From NCBI GenBank assembly GCA_038205015.1, contig JBBRCK010000004.1, positions 4,620 to 68,619 on the forward strand: 64,000 nucleotides of DNA, in the 5' to 3' direction. The stretch comes from Candidatus Levyibacteriota bacterium (GTDB taxonomy: Bacteria; Patescibacteriota; Microgenomatia; Levybacterales; UBA12049). Made by a program: the position numbers and the translations under genes. The notes under the pieces are model-generated. The model was not told the DNA's origin. It made no database searches and worked only from the letters and a program-made list of their open reading frames with translations. Positions 40,668-50,534 of the stretch are shown piece after piece (positions within the stretch are counted from its first letter, which is position 1; each line of letters starts with the position of its first letter).

Positions 40668-40738
40668 TCGGGGTGCCAAGAATTGAACTTGGCCCACACG
40701 CACCCCATGCGCGCATTCTACCGATAAACTACACCCCG
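40668..40738 (-). tRNA. tRNA-Pro (anticodon GGG)
   Basis: Hand-folded cloverleaf: acceptor CGGGGTG/CACCCCG (C1:G72, A73), D-loop with GG, anticodon stem CGCGC/GCGTG, loop AUGGGGU (U33, G37), T-arm CCAAG-TTCAATT-CTTGG; CCA not encoded. Confidence 0.7.
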
Positions 40739-40809
40739 ATTGAATATCTTGTATTTTAACATAAAATTGACCACTTGAAATCGTTCTTAAAAATTACTAG
40801 AATGGCTCT

Positions 40810-41892
40810 ATGGCAAAAGCAAAAGATTCAGAAAAAGCACCAGTAGTTAATCATGCAGAAATCTCTCAAAAATTGCAGGCAGTAAATCTTGCGATGGAGC
40901 AAATTGAAAAACAGTATGGCCGCGGTTCAATTATGAGGTTTGGAGAAATTGGACAAAAGTTGGATATTTCAGTTATCTCTACAGGCTGCTTACCCTTAGA
41001 CCTGGCACTAGGAGTAGGTGGAGTGCCAAGAGGCAGAATTATCGAAATTTATGGTCCGGAAGCTTCTGGAAAAACTACAATTTGTTTATCAATTATTGCT
41101 CAGGCGCAAAAGCATAATGGCGTCGCAGCGTTTATAGATGCCGAGCATGCGCTTGATCCATTATGGGCAGAACGCTTAGGAGTTAAGTTAGATGAACTTT
41201 TAATTTCTCAGCCGGATACCGGCGAACAAGCTTTAGAAATTGCAGAAAGTTTAATTCGTTCGGGCGGAGTTGATGTATTAGTTATCGATTCCGTGGCTGC
41301 TTTAGTGCCACGTGCAGAAATAGAAGGAGAAATGGGAGATGCGGTAATGGGTTTGCAAGCAAGGTTAATGTCGCAAGCTTTAAGGAAACTTACGGCCGTA
41401 ATTTCTAAATCAAAAACAGTTGTTATTTTTACAAATCAATTAAGACAAAAAATCGGAGTAATGTTTGGAAATCCTGAAACAACAACCGGCGGTCTTGCTT
41501 TAAAGTTTTATGCAACCATAAGAATGGACGTAAGAAAAATAGAAAGCTTAAAAGATGGAGATAAGGTTATAGGTTCAAGGCATCGAGTAAAAGTTGTTAA
41601 GAATAAAGTCTCTTCTCCATTTAGGATTGCTGAGTTTGATGTAATGGGAGATACTGGAGTTTCAAGAGAAGGTGGAATAATGGATGTAGGAGTTGATATG
41701 AATATAATTCAAAAATCGGGAGCATTTTTTAGATACGGTGAATTAATGCTTGGCCAAGGTAAGCAAGCGGCAATAGAATTCTTAAGAGAAAAACCAGATA
41801 TGGCAAAAAAAATCGTTGATGAAATAATGCTTAAAAGTAAAACCTCAAAAACTCCGGTTGAAGTTGGAGTAGAAACACAACCGAAAGAATAG
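40810..41892 (+). CDS. recA: recombinase RecA
   Basis: 360 aa; GPEASGKTT Walker A, full RecA homology. Confidence 0.97.
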   Translation: MAKAKDSEKAPVVNHAEISQKLQAVNLAMEQIEKQYGRGSIMRFGEIGQKLDISVISTGCLPLDLALGVGGVPRGRIIEIYGPEASGKTTICLSIIAQAQKHNGVAAFIDAEHALDPLWAERLGVKLDELLISQPDTGEQALEIAESLIRSGGVDVLVIDSVAALVPRAEIEGEMGDAVMGLQARLMSQALRKLTAVISKSKTVVIFTNQLRQKIGVMFGNPETTTGGLALKFYATIRMDVRKIESLKDGDKVIGSRHRVKVVKNKVSSPFRIAEFDVMGDTGVSREGGIMDVGVDMNIIQKSGAFFRYGELMLGQGKQAAIEFLREKPDMAKKIVDEIMLKSKTSKTPVEVGVETQPKE

Positions 41893-41900
41893 TTTTCTAA

Positions 41901-42383
41901 ATGGATAATTTTGAAAAATTCCTCAACAGAACATACAATTTTTTGTCATTTAGGCCAAGAAGCGAAAAAGAAATCAAAGATTACCTCGTTAAAAAGAAAG
42001 TTGACGATTTAACCATTAACAGAATTATAGAAAGTCTTAAGAACAGCAAATTTTTAGACGATAAAGAATTTGTTAAATGGTGGGTCGAACAAAGAAGCAA
42101 AGTAAGACCTAAATCAATGCGGTTTATTAAAATGGAATTAAAGCAAAAGGGAATTGGAAAAGAGTTGGTAGAAGAAGTTTTGGAAGATAAAGATTTTGAA
42201 ACAATTTCTGATTTGGATAAGGCTTTAGATTTAGCCCAAAAAAGACTTAAACGCTATCAAAATGAGGAGCCTAAAAAAGCTTGGGAAAAAATGGCAAGAT
42301 TTCTAGCATCTAAGGGATTTGATTTTGATATTATTAAAAAAGTTGTTGACCAGGTTTTGCGTAAAGAGTATAATGATAATTAG
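41901..42383 (+). CDS. recX: recombination regulator RecX
   Basis: 160 aa helical repeat protein directly after recA. Confidence 0.8.
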   Translation: MDNFEKFLNRTYNFLSFRPRSEKEIKDYLVKKKVDDLTINRIIESLKNSKFLDDKEFVKWWVEQRSKVRPKSMRFIKMELKQKGIGKELVEEVLEDKDFETISDLDKALDLAQKRLKRYQNEEPKKAWEKMARFLASKGFDFDIIKKVVDQVLRKEYNDN

Positions 42384-42490
42384 ATAAAAAGAAGGATTTA
42401 TGAAGTATTTCATGATAATATCCAAAGCTTTCTTAAGAACCAATTAATTTTGGTTTCCTCTTTTTATCTATAATTTCAAATTAAACTAAT

Positions 42491-43738
42491 ATGACACAAG
42501 ATAATCAGGATTTAATCAGCTTAGAGAAAAAACTTCTTGAAAAAGAAGAGAAATTAGATAGAGAAAAAGAAGAAATTAAATCTTTAAAAGAAAAATATGA
42601 AGAGAAGCTGGAAAAAATTTCATCTTTAACCTCAGAGGAAGCAAAAAGATTGCTTTTGGACGAAGTTGAACAAAACGAAGTAAAAACCGTAGCAAAAATA
42701 ATCAAAGAAAGAGAAGAAGAAGCAAAGTTAACCGCAGACAAAAAAACCCAAGAAATTTTAGTTGATTCCATGCGTCATGGAGCAACAAGTTATATTGCCG
42801 AATATACAGTCTCCGTTGTTAAAATTACTGACGAGGATATTAAGGGAAGAATTATCGGAAAAGAAGGAAGAAATATAAGAGCATTTGAGCAGGCAACGGG
42901 AGTTGATGTTGATTTAGATGAAGAAGGAGTAATCAGACTTTCCTGTTTTGACCAAGTTAGAAGAGAAATTGCTAAAAGAGCTTTGGATAAACTGTTAAAA
43001 GATACCAGGATTCAGCCTTTTAGAATAGAAGAAATAGTATTGGAAACAAAAAAAGAATTAGAAAAAGTAATGTTTGAAGAGGGCGTTAAATTGACCCAAG
43101 ATGCAGGAGTATATAATTTGCCGGCAGAATTAGTTGGAGTTTTAGGAAGATTTAAATTTAGGACTTCATATGGCCAGAATCTTATTGTTCATACTTTAGA
43201 AGACGTAAGAATCGGAGTTCATATTGCTCAGGAAATTGGGGCAGATGCCAATATTGTAAGACTTGGATGTCTTTTTCATGATATCGGAAAAGTTGTGGAA
43301 GGCGACGGAAGTCACGTAACGCTCGGAGTTGATTTATTAAAGAAATTTAATATTCCGGAAAAAATTATTAATTGTGTTGCCGAACATCATGAGGATAAAC
43401 CTTTTTCATCTGTAGAATCGGTAATTGTGCACATTGCAGATCAAATATCGGGTGCAAGACCAGGTGCAAGATACGAAGATGTTGAAGGTTATGCAAAAAG
43501 GTTAACGGAAATGGAAGAAATTGCAAAGAAATATGAGGGCGTTGAAGATGCTTATGCCTTTGAAGCGGGGAGAGAATTAAGAGTGATTATTAATCCGGGT
43601 AAGTTAGATGATTCACAAACCACAGTATTGGCAGCAAAGATAAGAGATGAAGTTGCAAAATCTCAGGCAGTACCGGGAGAAATAAAAGTTACCGCAATCA
43701 GGGAATTTAGAGCCGTTTCTTCGGAATTTTCCTCGTAA
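42491..43738 (+). CDS. rny: ribonuclease Y (coiled coil + KH + HD domains; no N-terminal TM)
   Basis: KH (IIGKEGRNIRAFE) and HD (HTLEDVRIG...LFHDIGK) motifs. Confidence 0.85.
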   Translation: MTQDNQDLISLEKKLLEKEEKLDREKEEIKSLKEKYEEKLEKISSLTSEEAKRLLLDEVEQNEVKTVAKIIKEREEEAKLTADKKTQEILVDSMRHGATSYIAEYTVSVVKITDEDIKGRIIGKEGRNIRAFEQATGVDVDLDEEGVIRLSCFDQVRREIAKRALDKLLKDTRIQPFRIEEIVLETKKELEKVMFEEGVKLTQDAGVYNLPAELVGVLGRFKFRTSYGQNLIVHTLEDVRIGVHIAQEIGADANIVRLGCLFHDIGKVVEGDGSHVTLGVDLLKKFNIPEKIINCVAEHHEDKPFSSVESVIVHIADQISGARPGARYEDVEGYAKRLTEMEEIAKKYEGVEDAYAFEAGRELRVIINPGKLDDSQTTVLAAKIRDEVAKSQAVPGEIKVTAIREFRAVSSEFSS

Positions 43739-43760
43739 AAGTATTTGATATAATCCACTT

Positions 43761-44294
43761 ATGGACTTTAGTAGGGTATTAATCAATACTGACCGTTTAA
43801 AGCTTATTCCAACTTCTCCAAAATACGCTTTTGATATTTTTAAAGAATTCACAGATGAAATTACAACTTATATGTATCCTAAGCCTGCCGAAAAAATTGA
43901 AGATACATTAAATTTTATTAATACTTCTATCTCAAAAATGGAAAATGGAGAAGAAGTTCAGGTAGTAATTTTAGATAAAGAAACAGGAGAATTTTTGGGA
44001 CACGGTGGTATTGCAAAATTAAAAACCAAAACCCCGGAGCTTGGCATCTGGATTAAAAAATCAGCTCATGGACATAAATACGGAAAAGAAGCAGTAAAGG
44101 GATTAAAGGATTGGATTGATAAAAAAATTGATTATAAATATATTATTTACCCCGTTGATAAAAGAAATATCGGGAGCAGAAAGATAGCGGAATTTTTAGG
44201 CGGAGTGATTGAAGATGAATATAAAAAAGAAAATATGTCAGGAAATATTCTTGATGAAGTAGAATATAGAATTTATCCCCAAAAATCCTCTTGA
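43761..44294 (+). CDS. GNAT family N-acetyltransferase (RimJ/RimL-like)
   Basis: 177 aa with acetyl-CoA binding pattern. Confidence 0.65.
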   Translation: MDFSRVLINTDRLKLIPTSPKYAFDIFKEFTDEITTYMYPKPAEKIEDTLNFINTSISKMENGEEVQVVILDKETGEFLGHGGIAKLKTKTPELGIWIKKSAHGHKYGKEAVKGLKDWIDKKIDYKYIIYPVDKRNIGSRKIAEFLGGVIEDEYKKENMSGNILDEVEYRIYPQKSS

Positions 44295-44372
44295 CAACAC
44301 ATCATTTACCTTGTATTGTTAAGCTAATTAATACATCGTGAATTTTTATTCAAGAAAGGCGGGTGAAGTTAA

Positions 44373-44645
44373 TTGACAAAAAAAGACTTAATAGAATTAG
44401 TTGCAAAAAAAGGAAATTTAACCAATAAAGCCTCAAGAGAAGCAGTCGCGGCATTTCTTAATGGAATAAGAGATTCTTTAAAAAGAGGAGAAAAAGTTGT
44501 AATTACCGGATTTGGAACATTTTCTGTTAGAAAAAGAGCAGCAAGACCGGGAAGAAATCCTAAAACTGGAGAAAAAATTACTATTCAGGCAAGAAAAGCT
44601 CCTGGTTTTACTCCCGGAAAAACCTTAAAAAAGACAATCAGATAA
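44373..44645 (+). CDS. hup: DNA-binding protein HU (TTG start)
   Basis: 90 aa; GFGTFSVRKRAARPGRNPKTGEKI arm motif; start codon TTG with AGGCGGGTGA SD. Confidence 0.85.
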   Translation: MTKKDLIELVAKKGNLTNKASREAVAAFLNGIRDSLKRGEKVVITGFGTFSVRKRAARPGRNPKTGEKITIQARKAPGFTPGKTLKKTIR

Positions 44646-44694
44646 CAAATAATTTTCTTTAAAACGTAATTTGTTATAATATCATTAAGTTGTT

Positions 44695-45732
44695 ATGACA
44701 TTAAGACTAAGGACGATTTTTTTTATAGTCACGGGATTATTACTTTTATGGTTTCTTTATATAGAAAGAGCAATTTTAACCCCATTTATTTTAGCCGGAA
44801 TTTTCGCTTATATTTTTAATCCAATTGTTAATTTCTTTTATCACAAATTAAAGTTTCCCAGAACTGTTACCGTAATCGCAATCTACACGGTGATAATCTC
44901 ATTAGTTATTTTCGGTGGCTTGGCGTTTTCTAAAAGAATTGTTGATGAATCATCTTTACTAAAAGAAGAAGCTTATACAATAACAGCCTCTGCAAAAAAT
45001 CAATTAAATTATCTGCCCGATTGGGCAAGGCCAACAATTGAAGATACCCTTTCAACTTTTGATAAAACCAGTAATATTAGCTATCCTTCAATTTTTAATT
45101 ACGCCCCTGCTGCTTTTTCCAGAATTTTAGGTTTAATCATCTTCTTGTTTGCAGCATTTTATTTTCTAAAAGAAGGAAGAAACATGATAGATAAAATCTT
45201 AAATTTTGTCCCGGCAGACTACAGAATTGAGGTTGATATTCTAATCAGAAAAATTAATTCAATTCTGGGAAGTTATTTAAGAGGTCAAATATTTCTTGTA
45301 TTTTTTGTCTCCAGTGTTTTATTTATTTGTTTGACTATTTTAGGAGTAAAATTTTCATTTATTCTTGCAGTTTTTACTGGTTTTGCGGAAATTGTACCAA
45401 TAATTGGCCCAATTGTGGCAACAGCAGTTGTTGCGACAGTAGGTTTTATTGTGGGAACCTCAAATTTTAATCTTGCACCGATTCAGATATCGATTGCAAT
45501 TATAATAATATATTTTGTAGTAAGACAAGTCCAGGATTATTTCGTGAATCCTTATATAATGGGGAGAATTACTAAGCTTCATCCCTTGATAATACTTTTT
45601 TCGGTTATTGCGGGAGAACATATCGCTGGAATATTAGGTTTAATTTTGGCGGTTCCGATTGCCGGAATTTTAAGAGTAATTTTTGAATATTCCCTAGATA
45701 AAGTAAGTAATAAAACCTCAGAAGAAAATTAA
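44695..45732 (+). CDS. AI-2E family transporter (PerM/UPF0118)
   Basis: 345 aa, 8 TM, family-typical topology. Confidence 0.75.
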   Translation: MTLRLRTIFFIVTGLLLLWFLYIERAILTPFILAGIFAYIFNPIVNFFYHKLKFPRTVTVIAIYTVIISLVIFGGLAFSKRIVDESSLLKEEAYTITASAKNQLNYLPDWARPTIEDTLSTFDKTSNISYPSIFNYAPAAFSRILGLIIFLFAAFYFLKEGRNMIDKILNFVPADYRIEVDILIRKINSILGSYLRGQIFLVFFVSSVLFICLTILGVKFSFILAVFTGFAEIVPIIGPIVATAVVATVGFIVGTSNFNLAPIQISIAIIIIYFVVRQVQDYFVNPYIMGRITKLHPLIILFSVIAGEHIAGILGLILAVPIAGILRVIFEYSLDKVSNKTSEEN

Positions 45733-45735
45733 AAA

Positions 45736-46085
45736 GTCTGTGGAAGTTAGTAAGCCAGATTCTGTTTTTAAGTTGCAATCTATCTTAATTATGATATTTT
45801 CACATTACCCCGATTAACTCGGGATGCCCTCTGTTTAGATGCTCCCCTAAAGAAAGGTAATAACGCACCAATCCGAGGTTGCAGCAGGTAGGATTGCCCG
45901 TTTCACCCCCACTCGTCTCTGTTGCTCTCAGATATTGTCAATTCAACATCTGTTCTAAAGTTTTATCGTGGGAGAAACTTTAGAAACTAGCTATTTCTAG
46001 TCGGAACTTACGTTCCATCCCTGTCTTTAACCCTGTCTGGACTTTCCTGTCGCTTTAGGCGACTAGCAACTCTTCTTCCACAGAC
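45736..46085 (-). ncRNA. rnpB: RNase P RNA
   Basis: Minus strand: P1 GUCUGUGGAAG/CUUCCACAGAC (11 bp perfect), P3 hairpin GUCGC-CUAAA-GCGAC, P4 GGAAAGUCCAGAC ... ACAGAAUCUGGCUUA, GAGAGCAACAGAGA, GGGUGAAACGG; U5 tail 45731-45735; no ORF. Confidence 0.8.
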
Positions 46086-46105
46086 GAAGGTATTTTAGCA
46101 AAGAT

Positions 46106-48982
46106 TTAGCTAAAAGTCGAACAAAGCATCCTAAATTCACAGTTTTTACATAGAATATTTCCACTGCATTTAAAGTCGCTTTTTTCAATTTCTTCAATTT
46201 TTCTAACAAGATCATTTTCTAAATTATCTAAATCTTCTTTTTTAAAATTCATGGATTTTTTCGTATTTCCTTCAAGAAAATGAATAGTTAGAGTAATATC
46301 TTCCGGTTTTCGATTAAAGATATTATCATTAATCTTAGTAGCAGCGAGTGCATAGATAGCCAGTTGAAGTTTATGCGCCGCATCGGCTTTTGGATTATCC
46401 AAGCCTGTTTTATAATCTATGATTTCAATTCCTTTAGCTCCCTTTTTATCAACCCTATCGATTTTCCCAAAAACTTTCACGCCGTTTTTTAATGTAAAAG
46501 AAAAAGATTGTTCAATGCCAAGTGGTTTTATCGGCGGATGGCACTCTGTTTTATAAAAATTTTTAATAATTTTTTTACCCTGAGTATATCTTTCATTTTC
46601 GTGCTTCTTATTTTCATATCCAACATTTTCCCAGTCTTTTTTAAGTAGATTTTTAAAAACGGAAAAAGTTGGATTTTCTCCTTCCTGAACTAATTTGTAA
46701 AAATCGTAAAGGGTCTTATGTAAGGATATTCCAAAGCTTTGCACTGCTGCCGGTGGAGTTGGAAGACTTAAGATAGCCTTAGCTTTATAATGTAGGGGAC
46801 ATATATCAAACATCTGAAGGTTTGAATATGTAATATAGCTTAGTTTAAGAGGAGTTTTCTCCACTGGTTTTTCATCGGAATCTTCGTAGGCTGATAATAT
46901 ATCAGTTAAAGAAAGTTGTTGAATTTGAGGCATTGTCTTTTCCTGTTTTTTTAGAAAGGGGAGCGCTTCGTATATAAATGGCGATAGTTTTTTCGGTCTC
47001 TTTCCGGTACCGTAATAATTGGCTGCAGTAAAATATAATTTTTCTTTAGCCCTAGTCATCCCGACGTAAAAAAGCCTACGTTCTTCTTCTAAGTGAAAAT
47101 CAGAATCTTTTGGTAAATTCTCTTTAATAATTGTAGAGGGTAATGGAATTTTTTCACTTCTTTCTCTGGTTGGAAATCTATCTGATACCAGATTGACTAA
47201 GAAAACTACTTTGAATTCTAGACCTTTTGAAGAGTGAACAGTTAAGATATTAACAGCATTATTGTCACGTAAGTCAATGTCTGCGGCCAGCGGGCTGTCA
47301 CCCATCTGAAGCATTAACATCAGCCATTCAACCAGCGTATAAATATTTGCATCTGTCCTTTCGGTTTCAAAGTTTTTAATTCTGTCAAAAAATTTTGCAA
47401 TATTTTGAACTCGTTTTTCATCCTTAACAGAATTGGTCTCTGCTAAAATTTTGTAAAGACCGGACTGGACTAAAAAATCATAAAGAATCTGGCCGGCTTG
47501 TTCTTTTTTACTATTATTTAAATGTTTTTCTGCCATTTTTCTAAACTCATTCAGTTTTTTAATAGTTACTGGTTTTAAAAAGCTTTGATTTGTATCAAAA
47601 AGCGCTTCAAAAAGAGTTAAATTTCTTTTTTTAGCAAAATTAAGAAGAAAATTAAGCTCAACTAAAGAAATATCAAAAATATCCATCGATAAAACTCTAA
47701 ATAAAGAAATTGAATCAGATAAATCAGTCAAAAAGGTTAAATAAGCGATTAAATCTTTAATTTCTTCTTGTTGAAAAAGATAACCGGGTCCTAAAAATTG
47801 ATAAGGAATTCTGTTTCTTTGTAAAGCGGTTGTAATAAGTTGCGCGTGATTATTTGCTCTAACTAAAATTGCAATGTCTTTGTAGTCATAATCCTTTTTT
47901 GTAATTTTTTTTATTTCCAAGGCAATTTTGTCTGCTTCATCTTCGGACCTTGCTTCATGAATTAATTCTATTTGTTGATTCGTTTTTTTTGAATGGCTTT
48001 TTAATTTTTTATTTATTTTTTCAACAATCTCAAGTCGGTTCGGATTATTATTTTGTATAAGTAGGTAAGACGAATCCAAAATTTCTTGAGTGGATCTGTA
48101 ATTATCAATTAAAGTTATAACTTTTGAGGACGGAAAATTTTTCTTAAATTGTAAAACATTTGAAACCGCTGCGCCTCTAAATCTATAAATAGATTGATCA
48201 TCATCTGCAACAACAGCTATGTTTTTCTCCCTATGGCCTGCCAAAAGTATCGCCAGTTCGTTTTGTGCAAAATTAGTATCTTGAAATTCATCAACTAAAA
48301 TATATTCAAATTGCTTTTGATATCTTTTTAAGATATTTGGCCGTGTTCTAAAAAGAAGAAGCGTGTTTGATATTAAGTCGGAAAAATCCATTAACGACTT
48401 TTTAATTTTTAATTCTTCATATTCTTTATAAGAATTAGCAAGTTCTAAGTACTCTTTAGTTTCATCGGATATTTTTTGTTTTTTTGCCCAATTAATATAT
48501 TCATTAGGATTTATATCTTCATCTTTTAGTCTGGAAAAATGAGTAAGCAATGCCTCTAAGAATTTATTTGGGTTTCCAAGCGGTCTAAATATATTAAGAC
48601 CTAAATTAAAAATATTTTGTCTAAGTAGTAATATACTTTCTGCTTCGGAAATTAATTTATAATTTGGGTCAAGTCCAATCGTATGAGCTTCGTCTCTTAA
48701 AATTCTGTCGCAAAAAGAATGAAAAGTATGTATCCAGAGATTGGTATATCCGTAAGGAAGGAGTATGTCGACTCTTTCTTGCATTTGATGAGCAGCTTTT
48801 TCGGTAAAAGTTAAAGCCAACAATTTAGATGGAGAAACTTTTTTATTAACGATTAAATATTTTATTCGTTCTGTAATAACAGTTGTTTTACCTGTTCCGG
48901 CTCCGGCAATAATTAAAAGAGGCCCTTTGGAATGCTTGATTGCCTGAAGCTGAAATTTATCAAGACTTACTGAGGTTTTCAT
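46106..48982 (-). CDS. UvrD/PcrA-family helicase fused to C-terminal Fe-S PD-(D/E)xK (RecB/Cas4/AddB-like) nuclease
   Basis: N-terminal AGAGTGKT Walker A; C-terminal nuclease region with Cys set (DICPLHY ... CSGNILCKNCEFRMLC). Confidence 0.8.
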   Translation of the reverse strand: MKTSVSLDKFQLQAIKHSKGPLLIIAGAGTGKTTVITERIKYLIVNKKVSPSKLLALTFTEKAAHQMQERVDILLPYGYTNLWIHTFHSFCDRILRDEAHTIGLDPNYKLISEAESILLLRQNIFNLGLNIFRPLGNPNKFLEALLTHFSRLKDEDINPNEYINWAKKQKISDETKEYLELANSYKEYEELKIKKSLMDFSDLISNTLLLFRTRPNILKRYQKQFEYILVDEFQDTNFAQNELAILLAGHREKNIAVVADDDQSIYRFRGAAVSNVLQFKKNFPSSKVITLIDNYRSTQEILDSSYLLIQNNNPNRLEIVEKINKKLKSHSKKTNQQIELIHEARSEDEADKIALEIKKITKKDYDYKDIAILVRANNHAQLITTALQRNRIPYQFLGPGYLFQQEEIKDLIAYLTFLTDLSDSISLFRVLSMDIFDISLVELNFLLNFAKKRNLTLFEALFDTNQSFLKPVTIKKLNEFRKMAEKHLNNSKKEQAGQILYDFLVQSGLYKILAETNSVKDEKRVQNIAKFFDRIKNFETERTDANIYTLVEWLMLMLQMGDSPLAADIDLRDNNAVNILTVHSSKGLEFKVVFLVNLVSDRFPTRERSEKIPLPSTIIKENLPKDSDFHLEEERRLFYVGMTRAKEKLYFTAANYYGTGKRPKKLSPFIYEALPFLKKQEKTMPQIQQLSLTDILSAYEDSDEKPVEKTPLKLSYITYSNLQMFDICPLHYKAKAILSLPTPPAAVQSFGISLHKTLYDFYKLVQEGENPTFSVFKNLLKKDWENVGYENKKHENERYTQGKKIIKNFYKTECHPPIKPLGIEQSFSFTLKNGVKVFGKIDRVDKKGAKGIEIIDYKTGLDNPKADAAHKLQLAIYALAATKINDNIFNRKPEDITLTIHFLEGNTKKSMNFKKEDLDNLENDLVRKIEEIEKSDFKCSGNILCKNCEFRMLCSTFS

Positions 48983-49078
48983 CAGAGGTATTGTATCATA
49001 GAGCTTTTTATAATTATTAGCTTTTTTGCATGTAAAACATAATGGCAGTTAAGCCATTTTTTATAAAAGTTTAACAGC

Positions 49079-49498
49079 TTATTCTACGACCACCGTTCCC
49101 TTTTGACTTGGATTAAAATGATTATGATAGGTGTAGGTTCCCCTTTTTTCAAATACTACAGATACGCTAGAGCCGTTATCAAATTGGCCTAAATTTAAGA
49201 AAGACCAAAGAGTATGGGTTGGGTGAGGGTCTGAATTAACAGTCGCTTGCGTACCACTTTTATTTATCCAGATAACTCTTGTTCCGGTTTTCACTTTTAA
49301 AGTTAATGGTTCAAATCCTGATGCACTTACGTTTATGTTTGCGGTTGGTACATTTTTATTAGCTTGTGTTGGTTGGGAATTCTGATTTAAAGAGCCAGAA
49401 TTAACCTTTGTTGTATTAAGATTTCCTTTTAGTAGTAAAAAACCGGCAATACCCAAAACCCCGATAAATATAATTGCTAATATAATTTTATTATTCAT
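49079..49498 (-). CDS. secreted cupredoxin-like (plastocyanin-fold) protein, His-rich
   Basis: N-terminal signal/TM; beta-sandwich-like pattern; no Cys ligand, so copper binding uncertain. Confidence 0.35.
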   Translation of the reverse strand: MNNKIILAIIFIGVLGIAGFLLLKGNLNTTKVNSGSLNQNSQPTQANKNVPTANINVSASGFEPLTLKVKTGTRVIWINKSGTQATVNSDPHPTHTLWSFLNLGQFDNGSSVSVVFEKRGTYTYHNHFNPSQKGTVVVE

Positions 49499-49523
49499 TT
49501 TTCACCTCCTTTAAAAAAGATTT

Positions 49524-50507
49524 TTATTCGATTTGTTTATTATTATTTTCCAGATTTTTTGTAGATGATATTTTTCTTCCAAGCGATGAAATATTATCAG
49601 AAACATTACTAAACTGGGAATATGCGTTGTTAATATGTTTTCCTAAGACTGACATATTATCTTCAATTTTTTGATAATCTATTTGCATGCTTCTTAAAAG
49701 AGTGAAAAGTTCTTTAGATTTGGTTTCAATTTTTCTTCCTTCAAAAGACAGAAGAATTGTCTGAAGGTGGGCGTATAAAGTGGAAGGCGAAACTAAATAG
49801 ACTCTTGACCTTCTTGCGTAGTCCATCAGGTCGGTTAAATTTACAACTTCATAATAAACGGATTCGCTTGGAATATACATTAATGCAAAATCCATTGTTC
49901 CCTCAGCTGGCAAAATATATTTTTTAGAAATTGCGTCAATATGTTTTTTTACATCCTTAATAAATTCTTTTCTAAATATATCTTTTTCCTTCTCCTGGGC
50001 CTTTGTCATTCTCTGAAAATTTTCCATAGGAAATTTTGAATCAATTGGTAGTATTCCTGCGTCTGTTTTTATTGCGGCATCAACTTTATCTCCGGATTTA
50101 AATTCATATTGTAAGAAAAAACTATTTTTAGGAAACATTTGGGAAATTAAATCTTTTAATACTTGTTCGCCGATATTTCCCCTAAGCTTCGGGCTTTTTA
50201 AAAACTCTTGCAGCTCCCGCATACTTCTACCTATTTCACTCATTTGTCCAACTTCTTTTCCCACGTCTTGAATCACACTTGCAGCTTTATCCAGTCTTTC
50301 GTTTAGTTGTTTTGAATTTTCCTGAAGTGTTCTAATTGTTTGAGAGGAGGAGCTGTTGATGGTTGACTGCATTGTTTTTAACCATTCTAAAAGCATTTCG
50401 TCGGTTTTAGGTTTTTGAAGTTGAGACAACTTTTTGTTTATAAAATATATTAAAACAGCGAAGGAAAAGATTATTGTTAATATTATTATGAGCAGTTGAT
50501 TTGACAT
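49524..50507 (-). CDS. rmuC: DNA recombination protein RmuC
   Basis: N-terminal TM + coiled coil; LRGNIGEQVLKDL...IDSKFPMENF...DFALMYIPSE match RmuC family. Confidence 0.8.
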   Translation of the reverse strand: MSNQLLIIILTIIFSFAVLIYFINKKLSQLQKPKTDEMLLEWLKTMQSTINSSSSQTIRTLQENSKQLNERLDKAASVIQDVGKEVGQMSEIGRSMRELQEFLKSPKLRGNIGEQVLKDLISQMFPKNSFFLQYEFKSGDKVDAAIKTDAGILPIDSKFPMENFQRMTKAQEKEKDIFRKEFIKDVKKHIDAISKKYILPAEGTMDFALMYIPSESVYYEVVNLTDLMDYARRSRVYLVSPSTLYAHLQTILLSFEGRKIETKSKELFTLLRSMQIDYQKIEDNMSVLGKHINNAYSQFSNVSDNISSLGRKISSTKNLENNNKQIE

Positions 50508-50534
50508 AGAGTTATTTTACCACGATTTACTTTT

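Noticed and set aside
39594-40703. Extended GTG-initiated version of the prenyl diphosphate synthase ORF
   Set aside because: The extension overlaps the tRNA-Pro gene (40668-40738). The conserved N-terminus and an in-frame ATG at 40658 give a normal-length enzyme
48983-49078. Hairpin AATGGC-AGTTAA-GCCATT + T6 between cupredoxin-like gene and helicase gene
   Set aside because: The T-run is on the plus strand whereas both flanking genes are on the minus strand; on the minus strand the hairpin is followed only by a weak U-tract, so its terminator role is uncertain
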